In this document: positions 37,283 to 50,619 of the stretch, piece by piece | Numbering within the stretch: position 1 is the stretch's first letter | Layout: the number at the start of each line of letters is the position of its first letter | DNA from: Mobula birostris | Lineage: Eukaryota | Direction: 5' to 3' | DNA: 64,000 nt | Assembly (NCBI RefSeq): GCF_030028105.1 | Contig: NC_092374.1 | Coordinates: 90,362,491-90,426,490 of the forward strand | Made by a program: the position numbers and the translations under genes | The notes under the pieces: generated by a model | Seen by the model: the letters and a program-made list of their open reading frames with translations, nothing else | Told to the model about the DNA's origin: nothing | The model's database searches: none

Positions 37283-40200
37283 AACCATAGAACCATAGAA
37301 ACTACAGCACAGAAACAGGCCTTTTGGCCCTTCTTGGCTGTGCCGAACCATTTTCTGCCTAGTCCCACCGACCTGCACACGGACCATATCCCTCCATACA
37401 CCTCCCATCCATGTATCTATCCAATTTATTCTTAAATGTTAAAAAAGAACTCGCATTTACCACCTCATCTGGCAGCTCATTCCATACTCCCACCACTCTC
37501 TGTGTGAAGAAACCCCCCCAATGTTCCCTTTAAACTCCCCCCCCCCACCCTTAACCCATGCCCTCTGGTTTTTTTCTCCCCTTGCCTCAGTGGAAAAAGC
37601 CTGCTTGCATTCACTCTATCTATACCCATCATAATTTTATATACCTCTATCAAATCCCCCCTCATTCTTCTACGCTCCAGGGAATAAAGTCCTAACCTAT
37701 TCAACCTTTCTCTGTAACTGAGTTTCTCAAGTCCCGGCAACATCCTTGTAAACCTTCTCTGCACTCTTTCAACCTTATTTATATCCTTTCTGTAATTTGG
37801 TGACCAAAATTGAACACAATACTCCAGATTCGGCCTCACCAATGCCTTATACAACCCCATCATAACATTCCAGCTCTTATACTCAATACTTCGATTAATA
37901 AAGGCCAATGTACCAAAAGCTCTCTTTACAACCCTATCTACCTGTGACGACACTTTTAGGGAATTTTGTATCTGTATTCCCAGATCCCTCTGTTCCACTG
38001 CACTCCTCAGTGCCTTACCATTAACCCTGTATGTTCTACGTTGGTTTGTCCTTCCAATGTGCAATACCTCACACTTGTCAGTATTAAACTCCATCTGCCA
38101 TTTTTCAGCCCATTTTTCCAGCTGGTCCAAGTCCCTCTGCAGGCTCTGAAAACCTTCCTCACTGTCTACTACACCTCCAATCTTTGTATCATCAGCAAAC
38201 TTGCTGATCCAATTTACCACATTATCATCCAGATCATTGATATAGATGACAAATAACAATGGACCCAGCACTGATCCCTGTGGCACACCACTAGTCACAG
38301 GCCTCCACTCAGAGAAGCAATTCTGTACCACCACTCTCTGGCTTCTTCCATCGAGCCAATGGCTAATCCAATTTACCACCTCTCCATGTATACCTAGCGA
38401 CTGAATTTTCTTAACTAACCTCCCATGCGGGACCTTGTCAAAGGCCTTACTGAAGTCCATGTAGACAATATCCACTGCCTTCCCTTCATCCACTTTCCTG
38501 GTAACCTCCTCGAAAAACTCCAACAGATTGGTCAAACATGACCTACCACACACAAAACCATGTTGACTCTCCCTAATAAGCCCCTGTCTATCCAAATGCT
38601 TGTAGATTCTGTCTCTTAGTACTCCCTCCAATAACTTACCTACTACTGACGTTAAACTCACCGCCCTATAATTTCCCGGATTACTTTTCGATCCTTTTTT
38701 AAACAACAGAACAACATGAGCCACTCTCCAATCCTCCGGCACTTCACCCGTAGACAGCGACATTTTAAATATTTCTGCCAGGGCCCCCGCAATTTCAACA
38801 CTAGTCTCCTTCAAGGTCCGAGGGAACACTCTGTCAGGTCCCGGGGATTTATCCACTTTAATTTTCCTCAAGACAGCAAGCGCCTCCTCCTTTTCAATTT
38901 GTACAGTTTCCATGGTCTCACTACTTGATTCCCTCAATTCCATAGATTTCATGCCAGCTTCCTTAGTAAATACAGACGCAAAAAAACCTATTTAAGATCT
39001 CTCCCATTTCCTTTGGTTCCGCACAAAGCCGACCACTCTGATCTTCAAGAGGACCAATTTTATCCCTTACAATCCTTTTGCTCTTAATATACCTGTAAAA
39101 GCTCTTTGGATTATCCTTCACTTTGACTGCCAAGGGAACCTCATGTCTTCTTTTAGCCCTCCTGATTTCTTTCTTAAGTATTTTCTTGCACTTCTTATAC
39201 TCCTCAAGCACCTGATTTACCCCCTGTTTCCTATACATTTCATACAACTCCCTCTTTTTCTTTATCAGAGTTGCAATATCCCTTGAGAACCAAGGTTCCT
39301 TATTCCTATTCAATTTGCCTTTAATCCTGACAGGAACATATAAACTCTGCACTCTCAAAATTTCCCCTTTGAAGGCTTCCCACCTACCAATCACATCTTT
39401 GCCAGAGAACAACCTGTCCCAATCCACGCTTTTTAAATCCTTTCTCATTTCTTCAAATTTGGCCTTCTTCCAGTTCAGAACCTCAACTCTAGGACCAGAT
39501 CTATCCTTGTCCATGATCAAATTGGAACTAATGGTGTTATGATCACTGGAACCAAAGTGCTCCCCTACACAGACTTCTGTCACTTGCCCTAATTCGTTTC
39601 CTAACAGGAGATCCAATATTGCATCCCCTCTAGTTGGTCCCTCTATATATTGATTTAGAAAACTTTCCTGAACACATTTTACAAACTCTAAACCATCTAG
39701 ACCCCTAACAGTATGGGAGTCCCAATCAATGTATGGAAAATTAAAATCCCCTACCACCACAACTTTATGTTTCCTGCAGTTGCCTGCTATCTCTCTGCAG
39801 ATTTGCTCTTCCAAGTCTCGTTGACTATTGGGTGGTCTGTAATACAATCCCACTAATGTGGCCATACCTTTCCTGTTTCTCAGCTCCTAAGGACTCAGTA
39901 GACAAGCCCTCTAATCTGTCCTGCCTGAGCACTGCTGTAATATTTTCCCTAACAAGCAATGCTACTCCCCAACCTTTCATTCCTCTGCCTCGATCACATC
40001 TGAAACATCGGAACCCTGGAATATTAAGCTGCCAGTCCCGTCCCTCCTGTAGCCAAGTTTCACTAATTGCTATAACATCATAATTCCACGTGTCAATCCA
40101 TGCCCTCAACTCATCCGCCTTCCCCGCAATACTCCTAGCATTGAAATATATACACCTCAGAAGATTTTTACCACCACTCACAACCTTTTTATCAGCGGAT

Positions 40201-40650
40201 TTGCTTAAACTTTCAACATCATTTATTTTCACCCCAGCCACACTGTCAGCTCTGGCACTCCGGTTCCCATCCCCCTGCAAATCTAGTTTAAAGCCTCCCC
40301 AATAGCACTAACAAACCTCCCTGAAAGGATATTGGTCCCCCTGTGGTTCAAGTGTAACCCGTCTCTCTTGTACAGGTCCCACCTGCCCCAGAAGAGGTCC
40401 CAATGATCCTGAAATCTGAAACCCAGCCCCCTACACCAGTTCCTCAGCCACTTGTTCCTCCTCCAGAGCATCCTATTCCTACCCTCACTGGCACGTAGCA
40501 CAGGTAGCAATCCTGAGATTACCACCCTTGAGGTCCTGCTTTTCAACTTCCTACCAAGCTCTCTATACTCACTGTCCAGGACCTCTTCACTCTTCCTTGC
40601 TATGTCATTGGTACCGATGTGCACCATGACATCTGGCTGGTCACCCTCCC
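37283..40650 (-). mobile_element. Young CR1 LINE: ORF1 esterase end plus near-complete ORF2 (APE endonuclease + RT) split by a few frameshifts
   Basis: ORFs 40283-40627, 39825-40280, 38963-39865 and 37477-38952: YFNARS, ISETWL, GDFNFP, GSSDH, KSPGPD, DFSKAFD, PQGSVLGP, KFADD; 8-bp tandem tail (CTATGGTT)n at 37283-37300. Confidence 0.95.
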
Positions 40651-41219
40651 ACTTCAGAATGGGACCTTTTGTCTGTCCTGTCTAGTCTGTTTTTGAGGAA
40701 ATGTTTTTGTGTTATATATTTAAAAACAGCTGCACGGCAACAAAGGCTATGTGCGTGGGTGCACTTCAGTTACTATGAGGCCATGCACCCCCGCAGCTTA
40801 GAGGGACGTGTGGAGGAAGGTATACAGCAAAAGGCAGGACCCCTGATGCACTGAAGTACACAGGGATCTTCCAGTACAAGTCCATAGCTCCTTGAAAGTT
40901 GCCAGACAAGTGGGTAGGATGGTAAGGAAGGGGGAATGCTGTTCATCAGTTTGAATATAAAAGGTAGAGGGTGCTAAGTACATCTCCCACTTTATGTCAA
41001 CCTATCTTTAGCCCATGTCACTCCGGTACTTGTGCTAATATTACTTTGTGACTGTATGTGCTGGATTGTAACTTTATGTGTTGTGACAAGCAAGAGAAAA
41101 TCTGTAGGTGCTGGAAAATCTGAGCCACACACACACAATGCTGAAGGAACACAGCAGGCCAGGCGGTATCTATGGAAAAAAAGTACAGTTGGTGCTTCAG
41201 GCTGAAATCTTGTCCTGCT

Positions 41220-41990
41220 GAGCAATTTGGATGATAACGTGGTTAACTGGATCAGGAAATTTGCAGATGACACCAAGATTGGGGATGCAGTGGACAACGA
41301 GGAAGACTATCATGGCTTGCAGTAGGATCTGGACTGGCTGGAAACGTAGACTGCAAAGCACAGATGGAATTTAATGCAGACAAGTGTGAGGCGTTGCATT
41401 TTGGTAGGACCAACCATGGTAGGTCTTACATTGTGGATAGTAGGGCACTGAGGAGTGCAGTAGAACCCCCTGATCTGGGAATAAAAACCCAGAATCCATT
41501 GAAAGTAGCATCACAACTTGATAGAGTCAGAACGAATGCTTTTGGTACCTTGGCTTCCTTCATAACTCAGAGTACAGGAGATGAGATGTTATATTGAAGT
41601 TGTATAAGATATTGGTGAGGCTGAATTTGGAATATTATGTGCAGTTTTGGTCACCTCCCTCCAGGAAAGGTGCAAATAAGGTTGAAAGAATACAGAGAAA
41701 ATTTATAAAGATGTTGCTAGGTCTGGAGGACCTGACTTGTATGGAAAGATCAAATATATTAGGAGTTTATTCCTTGGAACGTAGAAGATTGAGGGGAGAT
41801 TTAATAGAGGAATACAAAATTATGAAGGGTACAGATAAAGTAAATGAAAGCAAACTTTTTCCATTGAGGTTGGGTGGGACTAAAACTGGAGTTCATGGGT
41901 TAGGGTGAAAGGTGAAAGGTTCAAAGGGAACCTGAGGGTAAACCTTCACTCAGAGTGTTGTGAGTGTGTGGAACAAACTGCCAACTCCTC
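41220..41990 (+). mobile_element. CR1 LINE RT/3' fragment
   Basis: KFADDTKIGDAVD, MEFNADKCEALHFGRTN, LYKILVRLNLEYYVQFWSP. Confidence 0.85.
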
Positions 41991-42780
41991 TGTCATACCT
42001 CTAATTCCCTTTCTTCTACTGAAATACTGATATATATATGAATGCAGCTTCTCCTTCTCTTTACTTTACTGTCACCAAACAATTGATACTAGAACAAACA
42101 ATCATCACAGCGATATTTGATTCTGCGCTTCCCGTTCCTTGGATTAGAAATATTAAATATTAAACATATTAAAAATAGTAAAAATTAGTAAATATTAAAC
42201 ATTTGAATTATAAATCATAAATAGAAAATAGAAAAGTAAGGTAGTGCAAAAAAACTGAGAGACAGGTCTGGATATTTGGAGGGTACGGCCCAGATCCGGG
42301 TCAGGATCTGTTCAGCAGTCTTATCACAGTTGGAAAGAAGCTGTTCCCAAATCTGGCCGTATGAGTCTTCAAGCTCCTGAGCCTTCTCCTGGAGAGAAGA
42401 GGGACAAAAAGTCTGTTGGCTGGGTGGGTCTTGTCCTTGATTATCCTGGCAGCACTGCTCCGACAGCGTGCAGTGTAAAGTGAGTCCACGGACGGAAGAT
42501 TGGTTTGTGTGATGTGCTGCGCCATGTTCATGATCTTCTGCAGCTTCTTTTGGTCTTGGACAGGACAACTTCTATACCAGGTTGTGATGCACCCTAGAAG
42601 AATGCTTTCTACGGTGCATCTATAAAAATTAGTGAGGGTTTTAGGGAACAGGCCAAATTTCTTTAGTTTTCTCAGGAAGTGAAGGCGCTGGTCGGCCTTC
42701 TTGGTGGTGAACTCTGATTGGTTGGACCGAGTCAGGTCATTTGTGATATATTCAGGTTAAATTTGATCACGTTATGATGA
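41990..42780 (-). mobile_element. Rex1/L2-like LINE 3' fragment
   Basis: AQHITQTNLPSVDSLYTARC..IIKDKTHPANRLF..LRSLKTHTARFGNSFFPTVIRLLN. Confidence 0.8.
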
Positions 42781-42799
42781 CTTGTCTCTAAGGGTTCTT

Positions 42800-44760
42800 T
42801 TACCTTAAGCTCTCTAATCAATTCTAGATCATTGCACAATCCAGAATAGCCGACCTTCTCGTAGCTTCAACCACCAGCTGCTCTAAAAAGCCATCTCATA
42901 GACACTCTGGAAATTTCCCCTCCTGTAATCCAGCACCAAACTGATTTTCCCAAACTACCTGTATATTGAAGTTCTCATGATGATTGTAACATTGCCCTTT
43001 TAGCATGCATTTTCTACCTTCTCCCATTGTAATTTGTAGGCCAACTACTGTTTGGGTGTCTGTATACAAACCTCCATCAGGGTCTTTTACCCTTTCAGTT
43101 CCTTAGCTCTATCCACAATGATTCAACACCTTCTGGCCCTATATCACCTCTTTCTAACAATTTGATTTCATTTTTACCTGCAGTGCAACATCATCCCCTC
43201 TGCCTTCCTGCCTGTCCTCTCGATACAACCTGTACCCTTGGACATTAAGCTCTCAACCTTAAGCTTCTTACAGCCATGATTCAGTGATGCCTACAACATC
43301 GTACCTAGCAATCTGTGGCTGTGCTGCAAGTTCGTCGACTTATTACGTATAATGCGTGCATTCAGATACAACACCTTCAGTCCCGCAATCACCTTTTCCA
43401 ATTTTGTCTGCCTTTTACTTGCAGCTCATCTTGTTGACTGCAGTTTTGCCCCATCAACAGTCTCTCCTCACTACACTTTGCTTCTGTTTGTAAACCAGCT
43501 ACCTCATCTTCAGCCTTTCCCATGATACTTTTTGAATTGAAATATATGCAGCTCAAGACCCTACCTTTTAGTTCTTAACTTTATCTGAGATCATCTGCCT
43601 CCACAACCTCTTCACTAACTGTTCTGGCACTCTGATTCTCATTTTCCTGCAACTCGAGTTTAAACCTCACTGTGCGGCATTAACAAACCTTCCTGCCAGG
43701 GTATTAGTCCCCCTCCAGTTTACGTGCAAGCCATCCCTTCTATACATGTCCCATGTTCCCTGGAAGAATACCCAATGATCCAAAAATCCTATGCCCTCCC
43801 TCCAACACCAACTCTTTAACCGTGCATTACTCTATAATCTTCCTAGTTTGGCCTCACTAGCATGTGGCATGGGTAGCAATCCTGAGATCCTGCTATTTAT
43901 CTTAGTACTTGAATCCCTGAGCTCCCTATTGAGTATCCCGTCACTCGTGCTACCCATGTCACTAGTACCTACGTGGACCATGACTTCTGGCTGTTCACCC
44001 TCCCACTGAAGAATGCTGAGGACTCAGTCTGAGATATCCTGGACTCTGGCACCTGAGAGGCAAAATGCCATGCAGGATTCTCGTTCTCGCCAATAGAAAC
44101 TCCTGTCCGTTCCCCTAACTAACGAATCCCCAATCAACACAGTGTACCTCTTCTTCCCTCCCCCTCCCCCCACTTCCCTTCTGAGTCACAGACGAAGACT
44201 CAGTGCCAGACAGCCAACCACTGCAACTTCCCTCTGTTAGGTCATCCCTAACACCCCCAACCCGAAAATATCCAAAATGATATAGCTGTCGTTGAGGGGG
44301 TGGCCACAGGGGTGCTCTACACTGGCTCTTTAACCCCTTTCCCTGTCACCCAGATTCCTGTGTCCTGCACCTTGAGTGTAACTACCTCGCTATAGATCCC
44401 ATCTATCACCCCCTCAGCCTCCTGAATAATCTGGACTACATCCAGTTCCAGCTCCAACTCCCTAATGCGGTTTGGTAGAAGCTGCAGCTGGAAGCACTGC
44501 TCGCAGTTGTAGTCATCGTAGTCACTGGAGATCTCTCCGCCTTTCCTCGTTCCGCGAGGGGAGCATTTCACTATCCTGCCTGACATCTCTGCTTTCCAAG
44601 CTGAGCAAATATAAAGGGAACAAAAAAAAAAAAACTTGAGCTTTTCCTTCCTTTACTTTCTCTGGCTGAAGCCTCAAGATCACCACTCTGACCCATTGCT
44701 GCCTTTTACTCCCAGGGGGTGGACCTGATTGAATTCCCCTCCTCTCCAAACCTCCGATGC
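42800..44760 (-). mobile_element. CR1 LINE 5' region (ORF1 and endonuclease), degenerate
   Basis: CEQCFQLQLL..RIRELELELD coiled-coil ORF1 motif; esterase and EN remnants homologous to 39800-40650. Confidence 0.75.
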
Positions 44761-46699
44761 CCAGTGTCTGGGTTGGCTGCTGGTCAAATATCAGAGTTCG
44801 GAGTTCAATTCTGACATCATCTGTAAGGAGTCTATAAGTCCTCCCTGTGAAATGTGAGGGTTTCCACCGGGTGCTCTGATTTCCTCTTACAGTTCAAAGT
44901 CATACTGGTTAGTAAGGCACCGTAAGTTGTTGCGTGATTAGGCTAGAGTTAAATCGGGGGATCGCTGGGCGGCGCAGCTCCAAGGACTGGAAGGGGTTAT
45001 TCCGTGCTGTATCTCAATAGATAAAAGCCTTTTACTGTAGCTCAAGTTCAGCCAGAATCACAGCCGTGTATATTGTGTCATTAGTTGTTTTGTGGCAGCA
45101 GTACAGTGCACGTGCACGTGACCATAAAAAAAACACTTGCCAATGCAATTGCTCTGTTTGCTGTAATGGCTAGGATCTTCCTGTGGCCACCTATTTCAAT
45201 TCCACCTCCTATTCCCACACTGACCTGCTTCTCATATCATCCGTCCTCCCTCACCCAGCCTAATACCCTCCCATTCACCTGGTCTTGCCTATGACTTGCA
45301 GTTTGTACTCCTTCCCCTCCCCCATCCTTTTATTCTGGGTTCTGCCCCCTTCCTTTCCAATCCTGATAATGGGTCTTGGGTCAAAAGATTGACTATACAC
45401 ACAGTGGCTACATAATTAAGGTACCTCTTGTACCTTAAAAAATGGCCACTGAGTGTATGTCTGTGGTGTTTTGCAGCTGTAGGTTCAAAGTTTAATGTGT
45501 TGTGTGTTCGGAGATGCTCTTCTGCACACCACTGTTGTAACACATGGTTATTTGAGTTACTGTTGCATTCCTGTCAGCTTCAATCAGTCCGGCTATTCTC
45601 CCCTGACTTTTCCAAATAACAAGGTGCTTTACCAACAGAAATGCCACTTTGCTGCTTTTTTTTTGTTTTTTGCACCATTCTCTGTAAACGCTAGAGACAG
45701 TTGTGCATGAAAATCTCAAGAGATCAGCAGTTTCAGAGATACTCAAATCACCCCATCTGGCATCAACAATCATTCCACGGTCAAAGTCCCTTAGATCACA
45801 TTTCTTCCCCATTGTGGTATTTGATCCAAACAACAACTGAACCTCTTGACCACGTCAGCATGATTTTATGCATTGTTGCTGAGATAGGCCAGTTAGATAC
45901 TTGCATTTGCAAGCAGGTGTACAGGTGTACCCAATAAAGTGGCCACTCAGTGTTCATTTACCTCCATGGATGCTGCCTGGCCTACTGAGTTCCTCCAGCA
46001 ATTTGTGTATTTGTTGCCAATAGCAAGTCCCTAGTAGCAGGGTTCAATTCCTGACATGGCCTGTAAGAAGTTTGTACATTCTCTCTGTGACCACATGGGT
46101 TTCCTCTGGGTGCTCCAGTTTCCTCCCACAGTCCAAAGATGTACTAGTTCACAAACACAAGAAAATTTGCAGATGCTGGAAATCCAAGCAAAGCACACAA
46201 AATTCTGGAAAATCTCAGCAGGGCAGGTATCATCTGTGGAAAAGAGTAAACAGTCAACATTTTGGGCTGAGACCCTTTGTTAGGACTGGAAAAGAAAAAG
46301 TTGGTCTTGGCCTAAAACGTTGACTGTTTACTCTTTTCCATAGATGATGCCTGCCCTGCTGAGTTCCGCCTGCATTTTGTGGGTGCCGGTTAGTGGGTTA
46401 ATTGGCCATTATTAAAGTGTCCTGGGATTAGGTTAGGGTGAGGATTAAATCAGCAGATTGCTGGGCAGTTTTGCTGGAAGGGCTGAAAAGGCCTACTCCG
46501 CATTGTAAATAAACATTGGATTATCCGGTTAATTGTACTTGCTCCTTGGGTGTGAGGGATTCAAGTCCTCCCGTGACTGCCACCAGAAATCAGAATGTAG
46601 TGGAAGCCAAAGCTATTAGGATTTGTGAAAGAATAAAGAATATATCCAAGACAGATTGGAAAAGGTGCATAAGACACAGCTTTATTCTACCGGTGAAAG

Positions 46700-48900
46700 A
46701 GCAGTCAGTAGCCATGACACAGTGATTAGTAGTAACACATCAAACAGCGTCACAAAAGAGTCTCTTTCTCAAAATGCATGCAAGAACACGTATAGGTCAG
46801 GAATAAGATCACCGATTAGCAAAATGGGTTCGGACTGAAACAGCCAAGACCACTCCCACACCCTGCCCTTCGCCATCCAGTTCCACAGCTCTTGAAGGTA
46901 CCAGGAGTTGGTTTCATATTCAATTAGTTGGGGAGGGCAGGCTTTAGTGAGCAAGGTTAGTGGAGCAGGAGTTGCCTTTGCATAGCGGCCAAGGCTTGTG
47001 TTTAGATCAGCGAGTTCATTGGATGGGCAACATGAAATTGGGCGGCAGGGGCAGAGGGGGAGGGAGAGTGAGAGCAGGGACACACTGACAGAGATATGGA
47101 AGTGGTTCCAATTGGGAGTGCACGTGAAAGACAGAGGCACCAGAAATATACTGAACTACACACCAATGGAGAGGTGGGTACCAATAACATACTGTACATC
47201 ACCAAGGTGTCACCAAAGGGGGAAACAGACATCAACAGCTCTACTGGGGACTGTGAACACCAAAGGAACAACAACAGAAACCAGGGTAATGAAAGGGGAA
47301 TTAACAATAACAAGAGCAAGGTTAACGATCATCAGGGTTTCGACGGCTCACAAGCCTCTCCTCAAGGACGCTCAGAATCATTACTAATTTTCACAATTAA
47401 ACACCGTGACTCTGCGATAAACGGAAGAGTGAAATGGCCAGGAATGAGATTCCAGATGAATAAAAGAACGCAGGTCTGGCATCTAAACAGTGACCTTCAG
47501 GAAACAATGTCTCTTGTTCTCTGACTGAAGGGTACTAAACATTCTCCTACATGCCAAAGGCCCACTGTAGCCTGTTCCTTGTCTGACTGAACGAGGGGTG
47601 ACCTTGCGGTGTACCTCACCTCCCAAACACACAATAAAAAGAAAAGCATGAATGGTTGGAAGAGGGCTGTTGTGTACTGGGCGTTTGTAGTTTATCACAC
47701 TCGGAGCTACGAGTTCCCCCTGCCAGTCGGTGCGTCCTGTTCCCTGGTGATCTCCTGAGAGCCCAGATCTGTGTTAGTCATTCCAGGTATCTGAGTGCAA
47801 AGGTCATCGTGGAAGCCACCAGTGCCCAGCGGCAATTCCAAGCGCGGAGTCAACTGATCGTGAACGGGGGGCGGGGCGGGGGGGAGAGAAGGAACCATGT
47901 CATTATGGTTCAGCAATGCAGCAGATCTTGGGTGGGTGGTTCAAAGCTTACATGTTCTCATAGTTGCAATGCTGGGAAAAATGCACCTACACCCTACTTA
48001 AGGTCACAGTGCTTGAGAATTGACATTCCCACAAATGCTCTGGGATTCAGTAAAATTATTGTTACACCTGAATAACACACAAGGATTTCTTCTGGATCAG
48101 GTCAACATTTGGCTTCCATGGCAATACAGAGCTGAATGCTTATTTCGTGCCAATGGACTATTGTTAGGATCAATGTCATTGGTTGGAATTATGGTTGCTG
48201 GTGGAGAAGGTTAACTGATGGTAGATACATTGTGATTAATGAGTAATGACATGGTTAAGAACTTCTATAATATGTGAAGAACAAGCATAATGTAGCTAAA
48301 TAAATGAATCCTATGGCTAATCCTGATTTCTTCTGTATACTTCCTGTTTAATCCCCCCTCAATCTCCATAACATACAAAAAAGTTGAAGTTAGCAGGTGG
48401 AATTACTGGTTAAACTTGGCTGGGTGTTAAGGGTGGTAGCTAGTGGTTAGGCTGGAGGTTTAGTGGGTTAGTTTTAGAGTTAGATAACAGTCAATGGTTA
48501 TTGTTTCAATTAGTGGTAAGTGGTTAATACTAGTGATTAGTTATTAATGATTAAGATTTTGCACTAGAGGTTAGCTTTGGTATCATTAGTGAGTGTAACT
48601 ATTGACTAGTGACTGGGATAAATATTAGTGTTCCTATCCCGGGAATCTGGGCCAGGAATCATTAGAGAATTTCTTAATAGCTACAGAATGGTGGTCAAAT
48701 CCAGGCAGCTGGAGGTGGGGACATGAATTCATCATTAGAGATCAGTAACACTGGTTATTACAGTTCAGTGTTAGGAGCAAGAACTAAGTTAGTAGTTAAG
48801 GCTAGAACTTCTTGCGGAGGTTAACGGCTAATAAGTGGAATTGGAGATTAGAAATGGATGGAGTGATTTAGGGGATTGCGATTATGTTTTAAATTAATAA
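46700..48900 (-). mobile_element. Possible degenerate retroviral env-like region
   Basis: Non-repeat tract with Thr/Asn-rich and Cys-containing broken frames, ending in Trp-rich WYLQELWNWMAKGRVWEWSWLF followed by a hydrophobic segment; no clear immunosuppressive motif found. Confidence 0.3.
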
Positions 48901-49189
48901 ACAGGATTAGGACTGAGAGTTATTGATCTCTCATATGGTGATTCCCCCATGCCGAAATTCCACGAGCACCACTTACCAACTACAGATTCAGTGCTGGTCC
49001 GGACAAGGGATATGGGGGTCTGTCTCAACCGCCAGCATCTCCTTGCTGAGAGAGAGGATAGAGGCACTGTGGGAGGGTCTTCACACGCACTGTGACATCA
49101 GTTTGACAAACCCCTGACAGCAACCCCACCCCCCGCCCAACCACTGACTACCAACCCTCACACACTCACAACTGCAGATGTGCATCAAG

Positions 49190-49690
49190 AAAGATGTCTC
49201 TCTTTCTCTCCTTCACTTCCTCCCTCCTTCAGTCTTTCTCTCCATCTGTCTCACTTTTTGTTTCTCTTTCTATCTGTTTTTCTGTGATTTTCTCTCTCTT
49301 TCTGTTTTCTTTGTTTTTCTCTCTATCTGTTTTTGCAGTGTTCCTCTCTTACCCTTTGTCTATTTCTCGTTTTTTTTCTCTCCCTCTGTCTTTCTTTCTC
49401 TCTGCAGTCTCTCTCACTTTGTGTATCGTCTGTCTGTCTCTCTCTGTCACCCTTTCTGTCATCTCTATCTGCCTCTCTCTCTGTTCTCTCTCAGTCTCCC
49501 TCTCTCTCTGTCAGCTGTCCATGGTTCTCTCTGTGTTCTCGCTTTCTCCATTGTCACACTCTCTTTCTCTGTTGTCTGTCGGTCCATCTCTCTTTCTCTA
49601 TGTCTGTCTCTCCTCCCTTTCTTTCTCCTGTTATCTATCTCTTGTTCTCTTTGTTCATCTGTCCGCCTGCCTATCTCCTGCTGTTGTCTG
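49190..49690. repeat. CT-rich low-complexity tract
   Basis: Degenerate (CT)n/(CTGT)n; explains the Ser/Leu-rich ORFs at 49178-49753. Confidence 0.9.
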
Positions 49691-50619
49691 ATAGGGGACC
49701 CCAGAGACCAAGTTCACAGAAGACACACAGAGCCTGAGTGGCACCTTCCCTAATGAGAAGAGGTGGGAAAAGCAATGGGCAATGGATGAGGATACAGCGA
49801 AGACACGGGTGGGACACGGATGGTGAGGCAGAAGTCACATGCAAAGATTCACTTTAATTAGAGTTGGGGAGTTCTGGCATCAGTTCCTAAACGAACAGGC
49901 ACACAACATCTTGTCTTTTGAAGTGCTTGCTTCAGATTATATGTACAAGACCTGAAACCAAGAAAAGAAGAATCATTCATGCTTTAACCACTAATATTTG
50001 CTTTTAAGTATGCCAACCCCACATTATCCTCCGATTTACTATTCACAAGGATGGACCTAGGTTATAACGATTATTGCCATTGGGTTAGGGACAAGAATGT
50101 TCAAAACTGTCTTGGAGTTGCACAGTACAGAAAAAGTCCATTCAGCCCTCAATATCCATGCGATCATCTGTACTAATCGTGCAGGTACATTCAGTGCCCA
50201 CCTTACTGGGTACATCTGTATACCTGATCTCTGCAAATATTTAATCAGCCAATAATAAATTAGGGATGGGGTAAGAAGGTAATGCCCCTCCTCCCCTTCT
50301 TACCCCATCCCTAATTCTTTCTTTCTTTCTTTCTTCCTTTCTCTCTCACAATAACTCCTTGCCTGTTCTCCGTCTTCCTCTGGTGCTCCCCTCCCCCTTT
50401 CTTTCTTCCAAGGCCTTCCATCCCATGATACTCCCCCTTCTCCAGCCTTGTATTCCTTTTGCCAATCAACTCCCAGCTCTTGACTTCATCCCTCCCCCTA
50501 TTGTCTTCTCCTATCATTTCGGGTCTCCCCCTCCCCCTCTCAAATCTCTTACTATCTCTTTTTTCCGTTAGTCCCGACGAAGGGTCTCGACCCGAAATGT
50601 CGACTGTACTTCTTCCTAT

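Noticed and set aside
49178-49753. Hydrophobic multi-TM-looking ORFs
   Set aside because: Translation of a CT-rich low-complexity tract. The possible + strand exon at 49693-49760 (AG...GT) has no partner exons or recognisable product.
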